Shown here one piece after another: positions 1-10,530 of a stretch of 64,000 bases of DNA (within the stretch, counting starts at the first letter, position 1; the number at the start of each line of letters is the position of its first letter). Position numbers and translations under genes: made by a program. The stretch covers positions 29,392-93,391 of the forward strand of contig JBMNPB010000001.1 in assembly GCA_050943375.1 (NCBI GenBank), given 5' to 3'. The notes below the pieces were generated by a model that was given only the letters and a program-made list of their open reading frames with translations, was not told where the DNA came from and did no database searches. This DNA comes from a bacterium. Its GTDB lineage: Bacteria; Bacillota; SLNR01; JBMNPB01.

Positions 1-108
1 GAGACGGTGAAAGGCAAAGGGATATCGTTCATGGAGAATAAAGCCGAATGGCACGGCAGCGCCCCGAACGAGGCAGAGTTGGCGGCGGCGCTCGCCGAGC
101 TGGCGTGA
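1..108 (+). CDS. 3' end of transketolase N-terminal (TPP-binding) subunit, partial
   Basis: Frame 1 reads [22 protein letters not shown]...*, the typical end of split transketolase N-subunits, directly upstream of the C-subunit. Confidence 0.85.
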   Translation, partial: ETVKGKGISFMENKAEWHGSAPNEAELAAALAELA

Positions 109-123
109 AGGAGGCGGGCATGA

Positions 124-1068
124 TTGGGCAAGATGATCGCGACCAGAGATGCTTATGGGGATGTGCTGATTGAATTGGGGAAAGAGAATGGAGATATCGT
201 TGTTCTTGACGCTGACCTCTCTAAGTCAACGAAGACGGCCGGGTTTGCCAAGGCATTCCCGGAGCGGTTTTTCAATATGGGAATTGCCGAACAGAATCTG
301 CTGGGGACGGCGGCGGGGCTTTCCCTCGGCGGGAAAATCCCTTTCGCCAGCACATTTGCTGTTTTCGCCACCGGAAGGGCGTTTGAGCAAATCCGCAACA
401 CAATCGCCTATCCCAAACTGAATGTCAAAATCGCCGCTTCCCACGCCGGTCTGACGGTGGGCGAAGACGGGGCTTCCCATCAGTCAATTGAAGACATCGC
501 ATTAATGCGCAGTTTACCGAATATGACGGTACTCGTGCCGACGGATGCCGTGGAAACGAAGAAGGCAGTGCGGGCTGCCGCCGCGATGACTGGGCCGGTC
601 TATATCCGTCTTGGCCGGCCCGGTGTCCCGGCCGTGTTTGACGAGGATTATGATTATCAAATCGGCCGGATGGCTATTTTGCGGGAAGGGAGTGATGCCG
701 CCGTTCTGGCGAACGGCAGCATGGTGAGCACCGCCCTGACTGCGGCTGATCTGCTGGCGTCGGAAGGAATCTCGCTCAGTGTTGCCGCTGTCCATACTGT
801 CAAACCTCTCGACACCGCGGCGGTTATCAGTCTCGCCCGCCGGACGGGAGCTCTCGTCACGGCGGAAGAACACAGCATCATCGGCGGTCTCGGCAGTGCC
901 GTCGCCGAGGCTGTCAGCGGCGAATACCCGGTTCCCATTGTGCGTGTCGGAGTGAAAGACAGCTTCGGCGAATCGGGGACACCGGCTGAACTCCTGCAGG
1001 CGTATGGCCTGGATGCGCCGTCGGTTGCCGCAGCGGTGCGGCAGGCAGTTAAGGTGAAAAAACGTTAA
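124..1068 (+). CDS. Transketolase C-terminal (pyrimidine-binding) subunit
   Basis: Motifs ATRDAYG, DADLSKST, GIAEQN, GEDGASHQ, EEHSIIGGLG. Confidence 0.93.
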   Translation: MGKMIATRDAYGDVLIELGKENGDIVVLDADLSKSTKTAGFAKAFPERFFNMGIAEQNLLGTAAGLSLGGKIPFASTFAVFATGRAFEQIRNTIAYPKLNVKIAASHAGLTVGEDGASHQSIEDIALMRSLPNMTVLVPTDAVETKKAVRAAAAMTGPVYIRLGRPGVPAVFDEDYDYQIGRMAILREGSDAAVLANGSMVSTALTAADLLASEGISLSVAAVHTVKPLDTAAVISLARRTGALVTAEEHSIIGGLGSAVAEAVSGEYPVPIVRVGVKDSFGESGTPAELLQAYGLDAPSVAAAVRQAVKVKKR

Positions 1069-1086
1069 CGGCAAAACAGAAACGAC

Positions 1087-1124
1087 AAAAATACACCCGG
1101 CTGGACACGGCCGGGTGTATTTTT
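1087..1124 (+). terminator. Intrinsic terminator, possibly bidirectional
   Basis: Inverted repeat aaaaatacacccggc / gccgggtgtattttt. Confidence 0.75.
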
Positions 1125-1212
1125 GTATATTTTTACATTTTACCATTTTTAGCAGGAGAAGTAACGGAACTTGTCGAATTTCCTTCGGGAAGTAAACCTG
1201 GGAGTGGTTTTG

Positions 1213-1899
1213 TTGATACAATTGTGGAATGTAGGAAAAAAGTATCGAAACGGCACGGTGGCGTTACAGGATGTCAATATCCGGGTCAGGAAGGGTGATT
1301 TTGCTTTTATCGTGGGACCCAGCGGGGCGGGAAAATCCACGTTGATAAAGATGTTGTACGGCGAGGAATTGCCCACGAGCGGCCAGATAATTATTGCCGG
1401 CAAGAACCTCAATCGTCTCCGCCGGTTCGAATATTCTTTGCTGCGGCGGAATGTCGGGGTGGTCTTTCAGGACTACAAGTTGCTGCCGGACCGGACTGTC
1501 TACGAAAATGTAGCCTTTGCCCTCGAGGTGGTCGAGACATCGCCGCGGGAAATCGTCCGCCGGGTTCCCGCTGTTCTCGGACTGGTCGGTTTGGCCGGGA
1601 AGATGAAGATGCTGCCGGTGCAACTGTCGGGCGGCGAGCAGCAGCGGGTCGCTTTAGCCCGGGCGATCGTCAACAACCCGGTAGTAATTGCCGCTGATGA
1701 GCCGACGGGGAATCTTGACCCGGATACGGCCTGGGAAATCATGCGCCTTCTGGAAGAGATTAACCGGATGGGGACGACGGTAATTGTCGGCACCCATGCC
1801 AAATCGATCGTTGACGCTATGCATAAGCGGGTCATTGCCATCGAAAAGGGGCAGATAGTGCGGGACGAGGAAAGAGGTGAATACGGTTATGAAGCTTAG
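1213..1899 (+). CDS. ftsE: Cell division ATP-binding protein FtsE
   Basis: Walker A GPSGAGKST, VFQDYKLL, LSGGEQQRV, ADEPTGNLDP; TTG start after GGAG; followed by ftsX. Confidence 0.93.
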   Translation: MIQLWNVGKKYRNGTVALQDVNIRVRKGDFAFIVGPSGAGKSTLIKMLYGEELPTSGQIIIAGKNLNRLRRFEYSLLRRNVGVVFQDYKLLPDRTVYENVAFALEVVETSPREIVRRVPAVLGLVGLAGKMKMLPVQLSGGEQQRVALARAIVNNPVVIAADEPTGNLDPDTAWEIMRLLEEINRMGTTVIVGTHAKSIVDAMHKRVIAIEKGQIVRDEERGEYGYEA

Positions 1900-2776
1900 G
1901 ACTTTCCGCCGTCTGGGCCGGGAAGCGTGGACAAGCCTACGCCGCAATAACCTTATGAGCCTGGCCTCAATTGGGACGGTCTTCATCACTCTTCTGACTT
2001 TGGGACTCTTTCTGCTCCTGGTAAACAACGTGGAAGCCCTGACGCTGGATATGGAAGCACAGGTGGAAATAAACGCTTATCTGGAGAGCGATCTGTCCCG
2101 GGAGGCAATCGATGCCGGATTGCTGGAACTGAAGGAGATGGCGGAAGTCAGTGAAGCCGTCTATGTGAGCAAGGACGAAGCGCTCCGGGAGTTGCGCGAG
2201 CAGTTCGGCACAGAGCAGGATTTGCTCGATGCCGTCGAAGAGATAAACCCGCTGCGGGACAGCTACCGGATTAAGCTCGTCAAGACGGAGGATGCGGCTG
2301 CCGTCGCCGCGGCAGCCGGGAAGTTGCCGGGAGTCGAGGAAGTGAAGTACCGGCAGGATATCGTCGAGAAATTGCTGCGGGTGACGCGTATCGTCCGCAC
2401 ACTTGGCCTTGTGCTTGTTATTCTCCTCTTGCTGGCGACTATTTTCGTCATTTCCAACACGATTCGTTTAACCGTCTTTGCGCGCCGGCGGGAAGTGAGC
2501 ATTATGAAACTGGTCGGAGCGACCGACTGGTATATCCGCTGGCCGTTTTTACTGGAAGGGATGTTCATCGGTGTTGTTGGCGCCCTGACCAGTTCCGTCC
2601 TACTTTATTTCGGCTACGGTACTTTTGTCCGGGCCTGTCAACAGTCGGTTCCTTTTTTGCCGTTACTTTCCTCGGCGGAGCTGATTAAGACGACATGCGC
2701 CTGGCTGCTGGGGGTCGGTGTCTTTGTCGGCGCGGCCGGCAGTATTTTTTCTCTGCGACGTTATCTGCAGGTTTAA
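1889..2776 (+). CDS. ftsX: Cell division permease FtsX
   Basis: ISNTIRLTVFARRREVSIMKLVGAT..YIRWPFLLEG signature; four TM segments; overlaps ftsE. Confidence 0.93.
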   Translation: MKLRTFRRLGREAWTSLRRNNLMSLASIGTVFITLLTLGLFLLLVNNVEALTLDMEAQVEINAYLESDLSREAIDAGLLELKEMAEVSEAVYVSKDEALRELREQFGTEQDLLDAVEEINPLRDSYRIKLVKTEDAAAVAAAAGKLPGVEEVKYRQDIVEKLLRVTRIVRTLGLVLVILLLLATIFVISNTIRLTVFARRREVSIMKLVGATDWYIRWPFLLEGMFIGVVGALTSSVLLYFGYGTFVRACQQSVPFLPLLSSAELIKTTCAWLLGVGVFVGAAGSIFSLRRYLQV

Positions 2777-2810
2777 GTTTGCAACAGTCACAACGAATGG
2801 AGGGTAGGCA

Positions 2811-3953
2811 ATGAAACGGACCGGTCTGTTTATTCGTCTGACGGCAGTTTGTCTTGTTCTGATCCTATTTGCCGCCGGGGCGGCGGGGGCGGCCAGCACC
2901 GACCTGGAAAAAAAGCTGGACGAACTTGACAAGATTGAGCAGCAGATTGCCAATAAAAGGAATTTGCTGACATCAACAAAAAAGAAAGAAACGAACGTTC
3001 TAAATGAAGTCAAACAGCTTGAAAAGGATTTGGCAAAAACAAAGTCTGAACTGAGCCAGCTGGAAAACCAACTGGGGCAGATCAAACAAAACATTGATAC
3101 CGCAACCCGGGAATTGGCGGCGGCGGAAGAAAAGCTGGTTCAGCGTCAAGATTATCTGGGGCGCCGCCTCCGGGCAATCCATGAAAACGGCACGGTCAGC
3201 CTGCTTGATGTTCTGCTTGCGGCAAACGACTTTTCTGATTTCGTAAACCGGTACAGCTTCCTTCAGATGATTGTCCAGCAGGATGTACATCTCATGCATC
3301 AGGTGCAGGAGGAGAAGGTGCAGATAGCCCAGCGGAAGCAAAAGCTGGAAGCGCAGCAAGTACAGCTTACGAAAATTTCGCAAGAGATGGCGGCAAAAAG
3401 AAGCAGAGTTGAGTCCCGGACGAATGAGCGGGAGAAGCTGTTGTCCGAGATTCGGCAGGACCGGAAAGCGTACGAAGCTTCTTTGAATGAACTGGAGCGG
3501 ATGTCCAAGGAACTGGAGACAATCATCCGGAACCTTTCCGGCAATAACAGCGGAAAGGCACCGACGCCAAAATCGATTATCTGGCCGGTGAAAGGGAGAA
3601 TCTCCTCTCCGTACGGGAATCGTTTCCACCCGATCTTGAAGGTTTGGAAGCTACATACCGGAATGGATATTGCCGTACCGCGGGGAACTCCCGTCAAGGC
3701 GGCTTACGGCGGAACGGTTATCGTCAGCAAATCGCTGTCCGGTTACGGCAATACTATTATCATCGACCATGGCGGTGGCATTTCCACTCTTTACGCACAC
3801 AACGATGTTCTGCTGGCGAAGGTTGGGGCGAAAGTAAATCAGGGCGATGTTGTCGCCAAATGCGGCAGCACCGGCTGGAGCACCGGCCCGCACGTCCATT
3901 TTGAAGTTCGCGTCAACGGGACGACAGTTAACCCGGCCAAATGGTTGCCATAA
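2811..3953 (+). CDS. Murein hydrolase activator EnvC-like protein (coiled coil + M23 peptidase)
   Basis: Signal peptide, long coiled coil, M23 motifs HTGMD and HVHFEV; follows ftsEX. Confidence 0.9.
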   Translation: MKRTGLFIRLTAVCLVLILFAAGAAGAASTDLEKKLDELDKIEQQIANKRNLLTSTKKKETNVLNEVKQLEKDLAKTKSELSQLENQLGQIKQNIDTATRELAAAEEKLVQRQDYLGRRLRAIHENGTVSLLDVLLAANDFSDFVNRYSFLQMIVQQDVHLMHQVQEEKVQIAQRKQKLEAQQVQLTKISQEMAAKRSRVESRTNEREKLLSEIRQDRKAYEASLNELERMSKELETIIRNLSGNNSGKAPTPKSIIWPVKGRISSPYGNRFHPILKVWKLHTGMDIAVPRGTPVKAAYGGTVIVSKSLSGYGNTIIIDHGGGISTLYAHNDVLLAKVGAKVNQGDVVAKCGSTGWSTGPHVHFEVRVNGTTVNPAKWLP

Positions 3954-3962
3954 CCGTTACAA

Positions 3963-3992
3963 GACAGGGCCGTGCCTGAGCACGGCCCTGTC
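3963..3992 (+). terminator. Hairpin after the envC-like gene
   Basis: Perfect 13-bp inverted repeat gacagggccgtgc / gcacggccctgtc; no clear U-tract. Confidence 0.5.
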
Positions 3993-4096
3993 CGTTGCGG
4001 CAGTCCGCCACCGGAGCGGACCGAAGATATTTTCTTGACAGGCGGCATAGATATTTAATATATTGGTTACAGATAAAGCGGGGCAGGTGAAAAAAA

Positions 4097-5479
4097 ATGA
4101 ACGGGCGGCGGCGACTGGCGGCAGGAGCACTAGTTCTAGTCCTCCTGTCGAGTTTGTTTACATGCGGGCTGATGATGCTCCGTTTCCGTTATCTCTTTAA
4201 AATCGGTGCCGGGGAAATAGCGCAATTCAATGATTTTCTGACGGTCTACGATTACGCGAAGCATGTCTATGTGGATCCGGTTCCGACGGAAACCCTGCTG
4301 GAAGGGGCGATGCGCGGGTTGCTGGAAGCGCTCGGGGATCCGAACACGGCTTATCTGACCCAGGCGCAATATCAGGGCCTCATTACCAGGACGGAGGGAA
4401 ATTTCGGCGGGGTTGGGGTCTACGTCAGCCAGCAGGGAGGCGATATCGTCGTTGTCGCCCCGATTGAGGGCATGCCGGGAGAAAAGGCCGGTATCCGGCG
4501 GGGAGATATTATCGCTGCGGTGGATGGGGCCGATGTGACCGGATTGTCGCTGGATGAAGTGTTGGCCGCAATGCGGGGGCCGGTAGGAACAGCGGTTCGC
4601 CTGAAAGTGAGAAGGGAAGGCGAGACGGATTTGCCGGAATTCGTCATCACCCGGGTCAACATTGAAATCAATACGGTTGAAGCGGAGCGTCTGGAAAGCG
4701 GAATTGGTTATATCCGTATCACCGAATTCAATCAGAACACGAGTAATAATCTGCAATCGTCTTTGCAGACATTACGGGCGCAAGGGGTAGATGGATTAAT
4801 CCTCGATTTGCGGAATAACCCGGGCGGGCTGCTCCAGGAGGGCCGTCTGGTGGCGGCCGCTCTGGTGCCGCCGGGCCCGGTTGTCCATATTGTCAACCGG
4901 GAAGGGGAGAAGGATACTCTCAATACGACTTCGGCCGGACTGGGAGTTCCGTTGGCGGTGCTCGTCAACGGTGGCAGCGCCAGCGCCTCGGAGATTGTGG
5001 CCGGAGCGGTTAAAGACCGGGCCGCCGGTACTTTGGTTGGGACGCGGACTTACGGCAAAGGTTCGGTGCAGGGGCTCTTCCGGCTGAGCAATGGAGGTGG
5101 TTTCCGTCTGACCACGGACAAGTATCTGACGCCCGGCGGTATTTCTATCCACGGGACGGGAATCGACCCGGATATTCTTGTCTACGGTCTGGGCGACCGG
5201 GAACTGGTGTCGGCGGCATCCGGCGCGGATGTCGCCTGTCTGCAGCAGGCCTTGAACGATCTTGGTTTTGACGCCGGGCCGGAAAACGGGATTTATGGGC
5301 CGGCAACCGTGGCGGCGGTCGAGTCATTCCAGCGGGCGAAAGGGCTGGCTGTGGACGGGAAAGCTGGTATCGGCCTGATTTACCGCATTTGGGATGATTG
5401 GATCAGTGCAACGGGTGGGCATAATTTGCCCGACACCCAATTGGAAACAGCGGTTGCCTTCTTGCGGGGTAACCGGTAG
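4097..5479 (+). CDS. S41 C-terminal processing protease (CtpA/CtpB-like) with PDZ and peptidoglycan-binding domains
   Basis: DLRNNPGG, SASASEI, TYGKGSVQ; C-terminal LQQALNDLGF...GIYGPATVAAVESFQ peptidoglycan-binding motif. Confidence 0.92.
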   Translation: MNGRRRLAAGALVLVLLSSLFTCGLMMLRFRYLFKIGAGEIAQFNDFLTVYDYAKHVYVDPVPTETLLEGAMRGLLEALGDPNTAYLTQAQYQGLITRTEGNFGGVGVYVSQQGGDIVVVAPIEGMPGEKAGIRRGDIIAAVDGADVTGLSLDEVLAAMRGPVGTAVRLKVRREGETDLPEFVITRVNIEINTVEAERLESGIGYIRITEFNQNTSNNLQSSLQTLRAQGVDGLILDLRNNPGGLLQEGRLVAAALVPPGPVVHIVNREGEKDTLNTTSAGLGVPLAVLVNGGSASASEIVAGAVKDRAAGTLVGTRTYGKGSVQGLFRLSNGGGFRLTTDKYLTPGGISIHGTGIDPDILVYGLGDRELVSAASGADVACLQQALNDLGFDAGPENGIYGPATVAAVESFQRAKGLAVDGKAGIGLIYRIWDDWISATGGHNLPDTQLETAVAFLRGNR

Positions 5480-5620
5480 AATTTGTCTGGAAGACTTCAG
5501 AAACGACGGCAGCGGTCCGGCCGGAAGCGGAATTGACGCCAGAAAATGTCAAACCAGCTTCCGGCTTTCGGACGGTTGTTTTATGATATAATATTGTAAT
5601 GCATGGGAGGTGGCAACAAA

Positions 5621-7654
5621 ATGGGAAGCTTCAATCTCACAGCCGATTATGAGCCGCGGGGGGACCAACCGGAAGCAATCGAACGTCTCGTGCGCGGGGT
5701 CAGGAGCGGAATGTCGCATCAGACGCTGCTTGGCGTCACCGGTTCCGGTAAAACATTCACCATGGCCAATGTCATTCAGCAACTGAATCGTCCGGCCCTC
5801 GTATTGGCTCACAACAAAACACTTGCCGCCCAGCTGTGCAGTGAATTCAAAGCTTTTTTCCCGGAGAACGCGGTGGAGTATTTCGTCAGTTATTACGACT
5901 ATTATCAGCCGGAAGCATACATCCCTTCATCGGACACTTATATTGAAAAGGACGCTTCCATCAACGACGAAATCGATAAGATACGCCACTCGGCGACGTG
6001 CGCTTTGTTTGAACGGAGAGACGTAATCATCGTTTCGAGCGTTTCCTGTATTTACAGCCTCGGCTCTCCCGACGATTACCGCGGTCTCGTCCTTTCCCTG
6101 CGGTGTGGCATGACCCGCCGCCGGGAGGAGATATTGCGCAAACTGGTCGATATCCAGTACGAGCGGAATGATTTTGATTTCGTCCGGGGGAATTTCCGCG
6201 CCCGCGGCGACGTGATCGAAATTTATCCCGTTTCCTATACGGAAAAAGCGGTTCGGGTGGAGATGTTCGGTGACGAAATCGAACGGATTTCCGAAATTGA
6301 TACTCTTACCGGTGAAGTCCTGGCAGAACGCAATCATATTGCTATTTATCCGGCTTCCCACTTCGTGACCACAAAAGAAAGAATCGAATTGGCCGTTAAG
6401 AATATCGAGGCCGAAATGAAAGAACGTTGTGCTTTTCTCCACCGGCAGAACAAATTACTGGAGGCGCAGCGTCTGGAACAGAGAACTCGTTACGATATGG
6501 AAATGCTCCTGGAGATGGGATATTGCCCCGGTATCGAAAATTATTCCCGCCACCTGACCGGACGGGCTCCGGGTGAAACGCCGCATACGCTGCTTGATTA
6601 TTTCCCGCCTGATTTCATTATGTTTATCGATGAATCCCATCAGACTATTCCGCAGGTACGGGCTATGTACGCCGGGGACAAGTCCCGGAAAGACACGCTC
6701 GTGGAATTCGGGTTCCGTCTGCCCTCGGCCTATGACAACCGGCCGCTGTTTTTCGAGGAATTTGAAGCCCGGGTGCCGACGCTTTTGTTCGTCTCGGCGA
6801 CCCCAGGGCCGTACGAGCGGGAAAAGAGCCGGCAGATAGCGGAACAGATTATTCGTCCGACCGGATTGGTGGATCCGGAAATCGAAGTGCGTCCCGTCAA
6901 AGGGCAGATCGACGACTTGCTGGCGGAAATCAGGCAGCGGGCCGACAAACAGGAACGTGTTCTGGTAACGACACTGACGAAACGAATGGCGGAAGACCTC
7001 ACCGAATATCTGAAAGAAGCGGGGGTCAAGGTCCGCTACCTGCATTCGGAGATTCATACCTTGGAGAGAATGCAAATAATCCGCGAATTGCGTCTGGGAA
7101 AATTCGACGTCCTCGTGGGGATCAATCTGCTGCGGGAAGGCCTGGATTTGCCGGAAGTCTCTCTTGTGGCCATTCTGGACGCCGACAAAGAAGGTTATCT
7201 GCGCTCGGAGACGGCGCTGATCCAAACGGTAGGACGGGCGGCAAGGAATGTGGAAGGCAGAGTTATCATGTATGCGGATAGAATTACCGACTCGATGCAG
7301 CGGGCTGTTGATGAGACGGAGCGGCGGCGCCGCCGCCAGATCAAATTCAACCAAGTACATGGGATAACTCCCGTATCAATCCATAAGGAAGTGCGTGACG
7401 TCCTGGAAGCGACTCGCTTGGCAGTAGCGGAAGAACCGGCCTCATATCTGCCGGAGCGGAATCTGAACCGGATGTCGCGCAAGGAAATCAGGGCGCTTTT
7501 GGCTGATCTGACCAAAGAGATGAAAGCGGCCGCGAAAGCGCTGGAATTCGAGCGGGCGGCCGAATTTCGCGATATGATCATCGAACTGGAGGAAACGCTC
7601 GGCGGGAACCGGAAACTGATGAGCAGCGGGGCGTCCGGCGCAGGGCGCCGCTAA
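5621..7654 (+). CDS. uvrB: Excinuclease ABC subunit B
   Basis: [37 protein letters not shown]-terminal UVR coiled coil. Confidence 0.97.
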   Translation: MGSFNLTADYEPRGDQPEAIERLVRGVRSGMSHQTLLGVTGSGKTFTMANVIQQLNRPALVLAHNKTLAAQLCSEFKAFFPENAVEYFVSYYDYYQPEAYIPSSDTYIEKDASINDEIDKIRHSATCALFERRDVIIVSSVSCIYSLGSPDDYRGLVLSLRCGMTRRREEILRKLVDIQYERNDFDFVRGNFRARGDVIEIYPVSYTEKAVRVEMFGDEIERISEIDTLTGEVLAERNHIAIYPASHFVTTKERIELAVKNIEAEMKERCAFLHRQNKLLEAQRLEQRTRYDMEMLLEMGYCPGIENYSRHLTGRAPGETPHTLLDYFPPDFIMFIDESHQTIPQVRAMYAGDKSRKDTLVEFGFRLPSAYDNRPLFFEEFEARVPTLLFVSATPGPYEREKSRQIAEQIIRPTGLVDPEIEVRPVKGQIDDLLAEIRQRADKQERVLVTTLTKRMAEDLTEYLKEAGVKVRYLHSEIHTLERMQIIRELRLGKFDVLVGINLLREGLDLPEVSLVAILDADKEGYLRSETALIQTVGRAARNVEGRVIMYADRITDSMQRAVDETERRRRRQIKFNQVHGITPVSIHKEVRDVLEATRLAVAEEPASYLPERNLNRMSRKEIRALLADLTKEMKAAAKALEFERAAEFRDMIIELEETLGGNRKLMSSGASGAGRR

Positions 7655-7675
7655 AGCCGATATGGAGGATAGTTG

Positions 7676-10525
7676 ATGGGCAAGGACAAGATAATTATTC
7701 GGGGTGCCAGGCAGCATAATTTAAAAAATATTAATTTAGAAATACCCCGGGACAAGCTTGTGGTTTTCACGGGCTTGAGCGGATCGGGGAAATCGTCGCT
7801 GGCGTTTGATACGATATACGCCGAAGGACAGCGGCGCTATGTGGAATCGCTTTCCGCCTATGCCAGGCAGTTTCTGGGGCTGATGGACAAGCCGGAGGTA
7901 GATAATATTGAAGGGTTGTCACCGGCAATCTCCATCGACCAGAGAACGACAAGCAAGAATCCCCGTTCCACTGTCGGCACGGTGACGGAGATCTATGATT
8001 ATCTCCGGTTATTGTACGCTCGGATCGGAAAACCTCATTGCCCAAAATGCGGCCGTCCGATCCGGCGGCAGACGGTGGAGCAGATGGTGGACCAAATCCT
8101 GGCTTTGCCGGAAGGGACAAAGTTTCAAGTCCTCGCTCCTCTTGTCCGGGGGAGAAAAGGGGAGTATCAGAAGTTATTCGAAGATGCCCGGAAAGGCGGC
8201 TTTGTTCGCGTCCGGGTGGATGGAAAAATGTATGAGCTGTCCGAAGAAATCAAATTGGCGAAGACAAAGAAGCATTCGATCGAGATCGTCGTCGACCGGT
8301 TGGCGGTTCGGCCCGATATCGGCAAACGGCTGGCCGATTCCCTGGAGACGGCGCTTTCGCTGACGGATGGCCTTCTGTTGATTGATGTGATTGACGGAGA
8401 AGAAATCCTGCTTAGTCAGAATTTCGCTTGCGTCGATTGCGGCTTGAGTATTGAAGAATTTACTCCCCGCATGTTCTCGTTCAACAGCCCTTACGGGGCT
8501 TGCCCGACGTGCAAAGGGCTCGGCATCAACATGGAAATTGACCCCGGCCTTGTTATCCCGGACCGGCGAAAAACACTGGAGGACGGGGCCGTTGTTCCCT
8601 GGAGCAGGGGGGCGAGCACTTATTATCCCCAATTGCTCGAGGCGGTCTGTCTGCATTATGGCATCAGCACTACTACGCCGGTGGATGAACTGAGCGAGGA
8701 GGCTCTGGACATAATTCTGTACGGTTCCGGCAGTGAGAAAATCCGCTTTCGCTACGAGAACCCCTTCGGGCGGGTCCGGGTCTACCAGACCGCCTTCGAA
8801 GGCGTTGTCAATAATATGGAACGACGGTACCGGGAAGCGCAAAGCGATTCAGCCCGGGAGGAAATCGAAGAGTACATGAGTACTAAGCCTTGCCCGGACT
8901 GCGGCGGGCAGCGCTTGAAGAAAGAAAGCCTGGCGGTTCGGCTGAACGATTACTCCATCGCCGCTTTGACCGGCCTGACGGTCAGCGACGCGCTCCGCTT
9001 CTTCAATCAAATCAAATTGAGCGAGCGGGAGGCGGCCATTGCACAGCAAATTCTGAAAGAAATCAGGGAACGCCTCAGCTTCCTCGTCAACGTCGGTCTG
9101 GATTATCTTACTCTCGACCGGGCTTCCGGCACTCTGTCCGGCGGCGAGTCGCAGCGGATCCGTCTGGCGACGCAGATCGGCTCGAGCCTGATCGGGGTTC
9201 TCTACATTCTGGATGAGCCCAGCATCGGCCTGCATCAGCGGGACAATCAGCGTCTGATTGAGACATTGAAGCATTTGCGCGATTTGGGGAACACACTTAT
9301 CGTTGTCGAGCACGACGAAGAGACAATCCGGTCGGCCGATTTTATTGTGGATATCGGTCCCGCGGCCGGAACCAACGGCGGGGCGGTTGTCGCGGCGGGC
9401 AAGCTAAGCGATATTCTGGCCGAACCGACTTCCGTAACCGGCCAATACCTGAGCGGGGTTAAAGCGATTCCGATTCCGGCCCGGCGGCGCCCTCTGAATG
9501 GGAAATGGCTGGAAATCATCGGCGCCGGCGAAAATAATTTGCGGAACATCGATGTGCGAATCCCGCTCGGAGTCTTCGTTTGTGTGACCGGGGTCTCCGG
9601 CTCCGGGAAAAGTACACTCATCAATGAAATTTTGTATAAAGCTCTCGCCCAGAAGCTGCACCATGCCAGGACGCGGCCGGGCAGCCATGCGGCCATCAAG
9701 GGGATGGAATATCTCGATAAGGTGATTGATATCGACCAGTCACCCATCGGCCGTACTCCCCGCTCCAACCCAGCCACCTATACCGGTGTTTTCACTTTAA
9801 TCAGGGAATTGTTCGCTCAGACGCCGGAAGCGAAGATGCGCGGGTACAAGCCGGGTCGCTTCAGTTTCAATGTCAAAGGCGGGCGCTGCGAAGCGTGCAG
9901 GGGAGACGGCATTATCCGGATTGAAATGCATTTCCTGCCCGATGTTTATGTGCCGTGTGAAGTATGCAAAGGGAAACAGTACAACCGGGAGACGCTGGGA
10001 GTCAAATATAAAGGGAAGACTATTGCCGATGTCCTGGCCATGACGGTGGAAGAAGCGCTTGAGTTTTTCCGGAATGTTCCCCGGATCCAGAGAAAGCTTC
10101 AAACCATGTACGATGTCGGTCTCGGCTATATCCGCCTCGGGCAGCCGGCGACGACTCTGTCCGGCGGTGAGGCGCAGCGGGTCAAGTTGGCGACGGAACT
10201 GAGCCGGCGCAGCAACGGCAAGACGATTTATATCCTGGACGAACCGACAACCGGTCTCCACATGGCTGATACTCACAAGCTGCTGGAAGTGCTGGGTCGT
10301 CTTGCCGATGCTGGCGATACTGTCGTTGTTATCGAGCATAATCTTGATGTGATTAAGTCGGCCGACTACATTATCGATCTCGGTCCGGAAGGCGGCGACC
10401 GGGGCGGTACGGTGATTGCGCAAGGTTCACCCGAGACGGTTGCCCGGGAAAAAGCATCGTATACCGGTCAGTTCCTGCAGCGGATTCTGTCCGCTTCCCG
10501 GGAAACTGCCCGGGCCGGAGCGTGA
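7676..10525 (+). CDS. uvrA: Excinuclease ABC subunit A
   Basis: Two ABC domains ([18 protein letters not shown]), zinc fingers, LSGGEAQR. Confidence 0.97.
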   Translation: MGKDKIIIRGARQHNLKNINLEIPRDKLVVFTGLSGSGKSSLAFDTIYAEGQRRYVESLSAYARQFLGLMDKPEVDNIEGLSPAISIDQRTTSKNPRSTVGTVTEIYDYLRLLYARIGKPHCPKCGRPIRRQTVEQMVDQILALPEGTKFQVLAPLVRGRKGEYQKLFEDARKGGFVRVRVDGKMYELSEEIKLAKTKKHSIEIVVDRLAVRPDIGKRLADSLETALSLTDGLLLIDVIDGEEILLSQNFACVDCGLSIEEFTPRMFSFNSPYGACPTCKGLGINMEIDPGLVIPDRRKTLEDGAVVPWSRGASTYYPQLLEAVCLHYGISTTTPVDELSEEALDIILYGSGSEKIRFRYENPFGRVRVYQTAFEGVVNNMERRYREAQSDSAREEIEEYMSTKPCPDCGGQRLKKESLAVRLNDYSIAALTGLTVSDALRFFNQIKLSEREAAIAQQILKEIRERLSFLVNVGLDYLTLDRASGTLSGGESQRIRLATQIGSSLIGVLYILDEPSIGLHQRDNQRLIETLKHLRDLGNTLIVVEHDEETIRSADFIVDIGPAAGTNGGAVVAAGKLSDILAEPTSVTGQYLSGVKAIPIPARRRPLNGKWLEIIGAGENNLRNIDVRIPLGVFVCVTGVSGSGKSTLINEILYKALAQKLHHARTRPGSHAAIKGMEYLDKVIDIDQSPIGRTPRSNPATYTGVFTLIRELFAQTPEAKMRGYKPGRFSFNVKGGRCEACRGDGIIRIEMHFLPDVYVPCEVCKGKQYNRETLGVKYKGKTIADVLAMTVEEALEFFRNVPRIQRKLQTMYDVGLGYIRLGQPATTLSGGEAQRVKLATELSRRSNGKTIYILDEPTTGLHMADTHKLLEVLGRLADAGDTVVVIEHNLDVIKSADYIIDLGPEGGDRGGTVIAQGSPETVAREKASYTGQFLQRILSASRETARAGA

Positions 10526-10530
10526 GGAAG

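Noticed and set aside
5480-5620. LexA/SOS box upstream of uvrB
   Set aside because: No GAAC-N4-GTTC motif visible; only an extended -10 (TGATATAAT)
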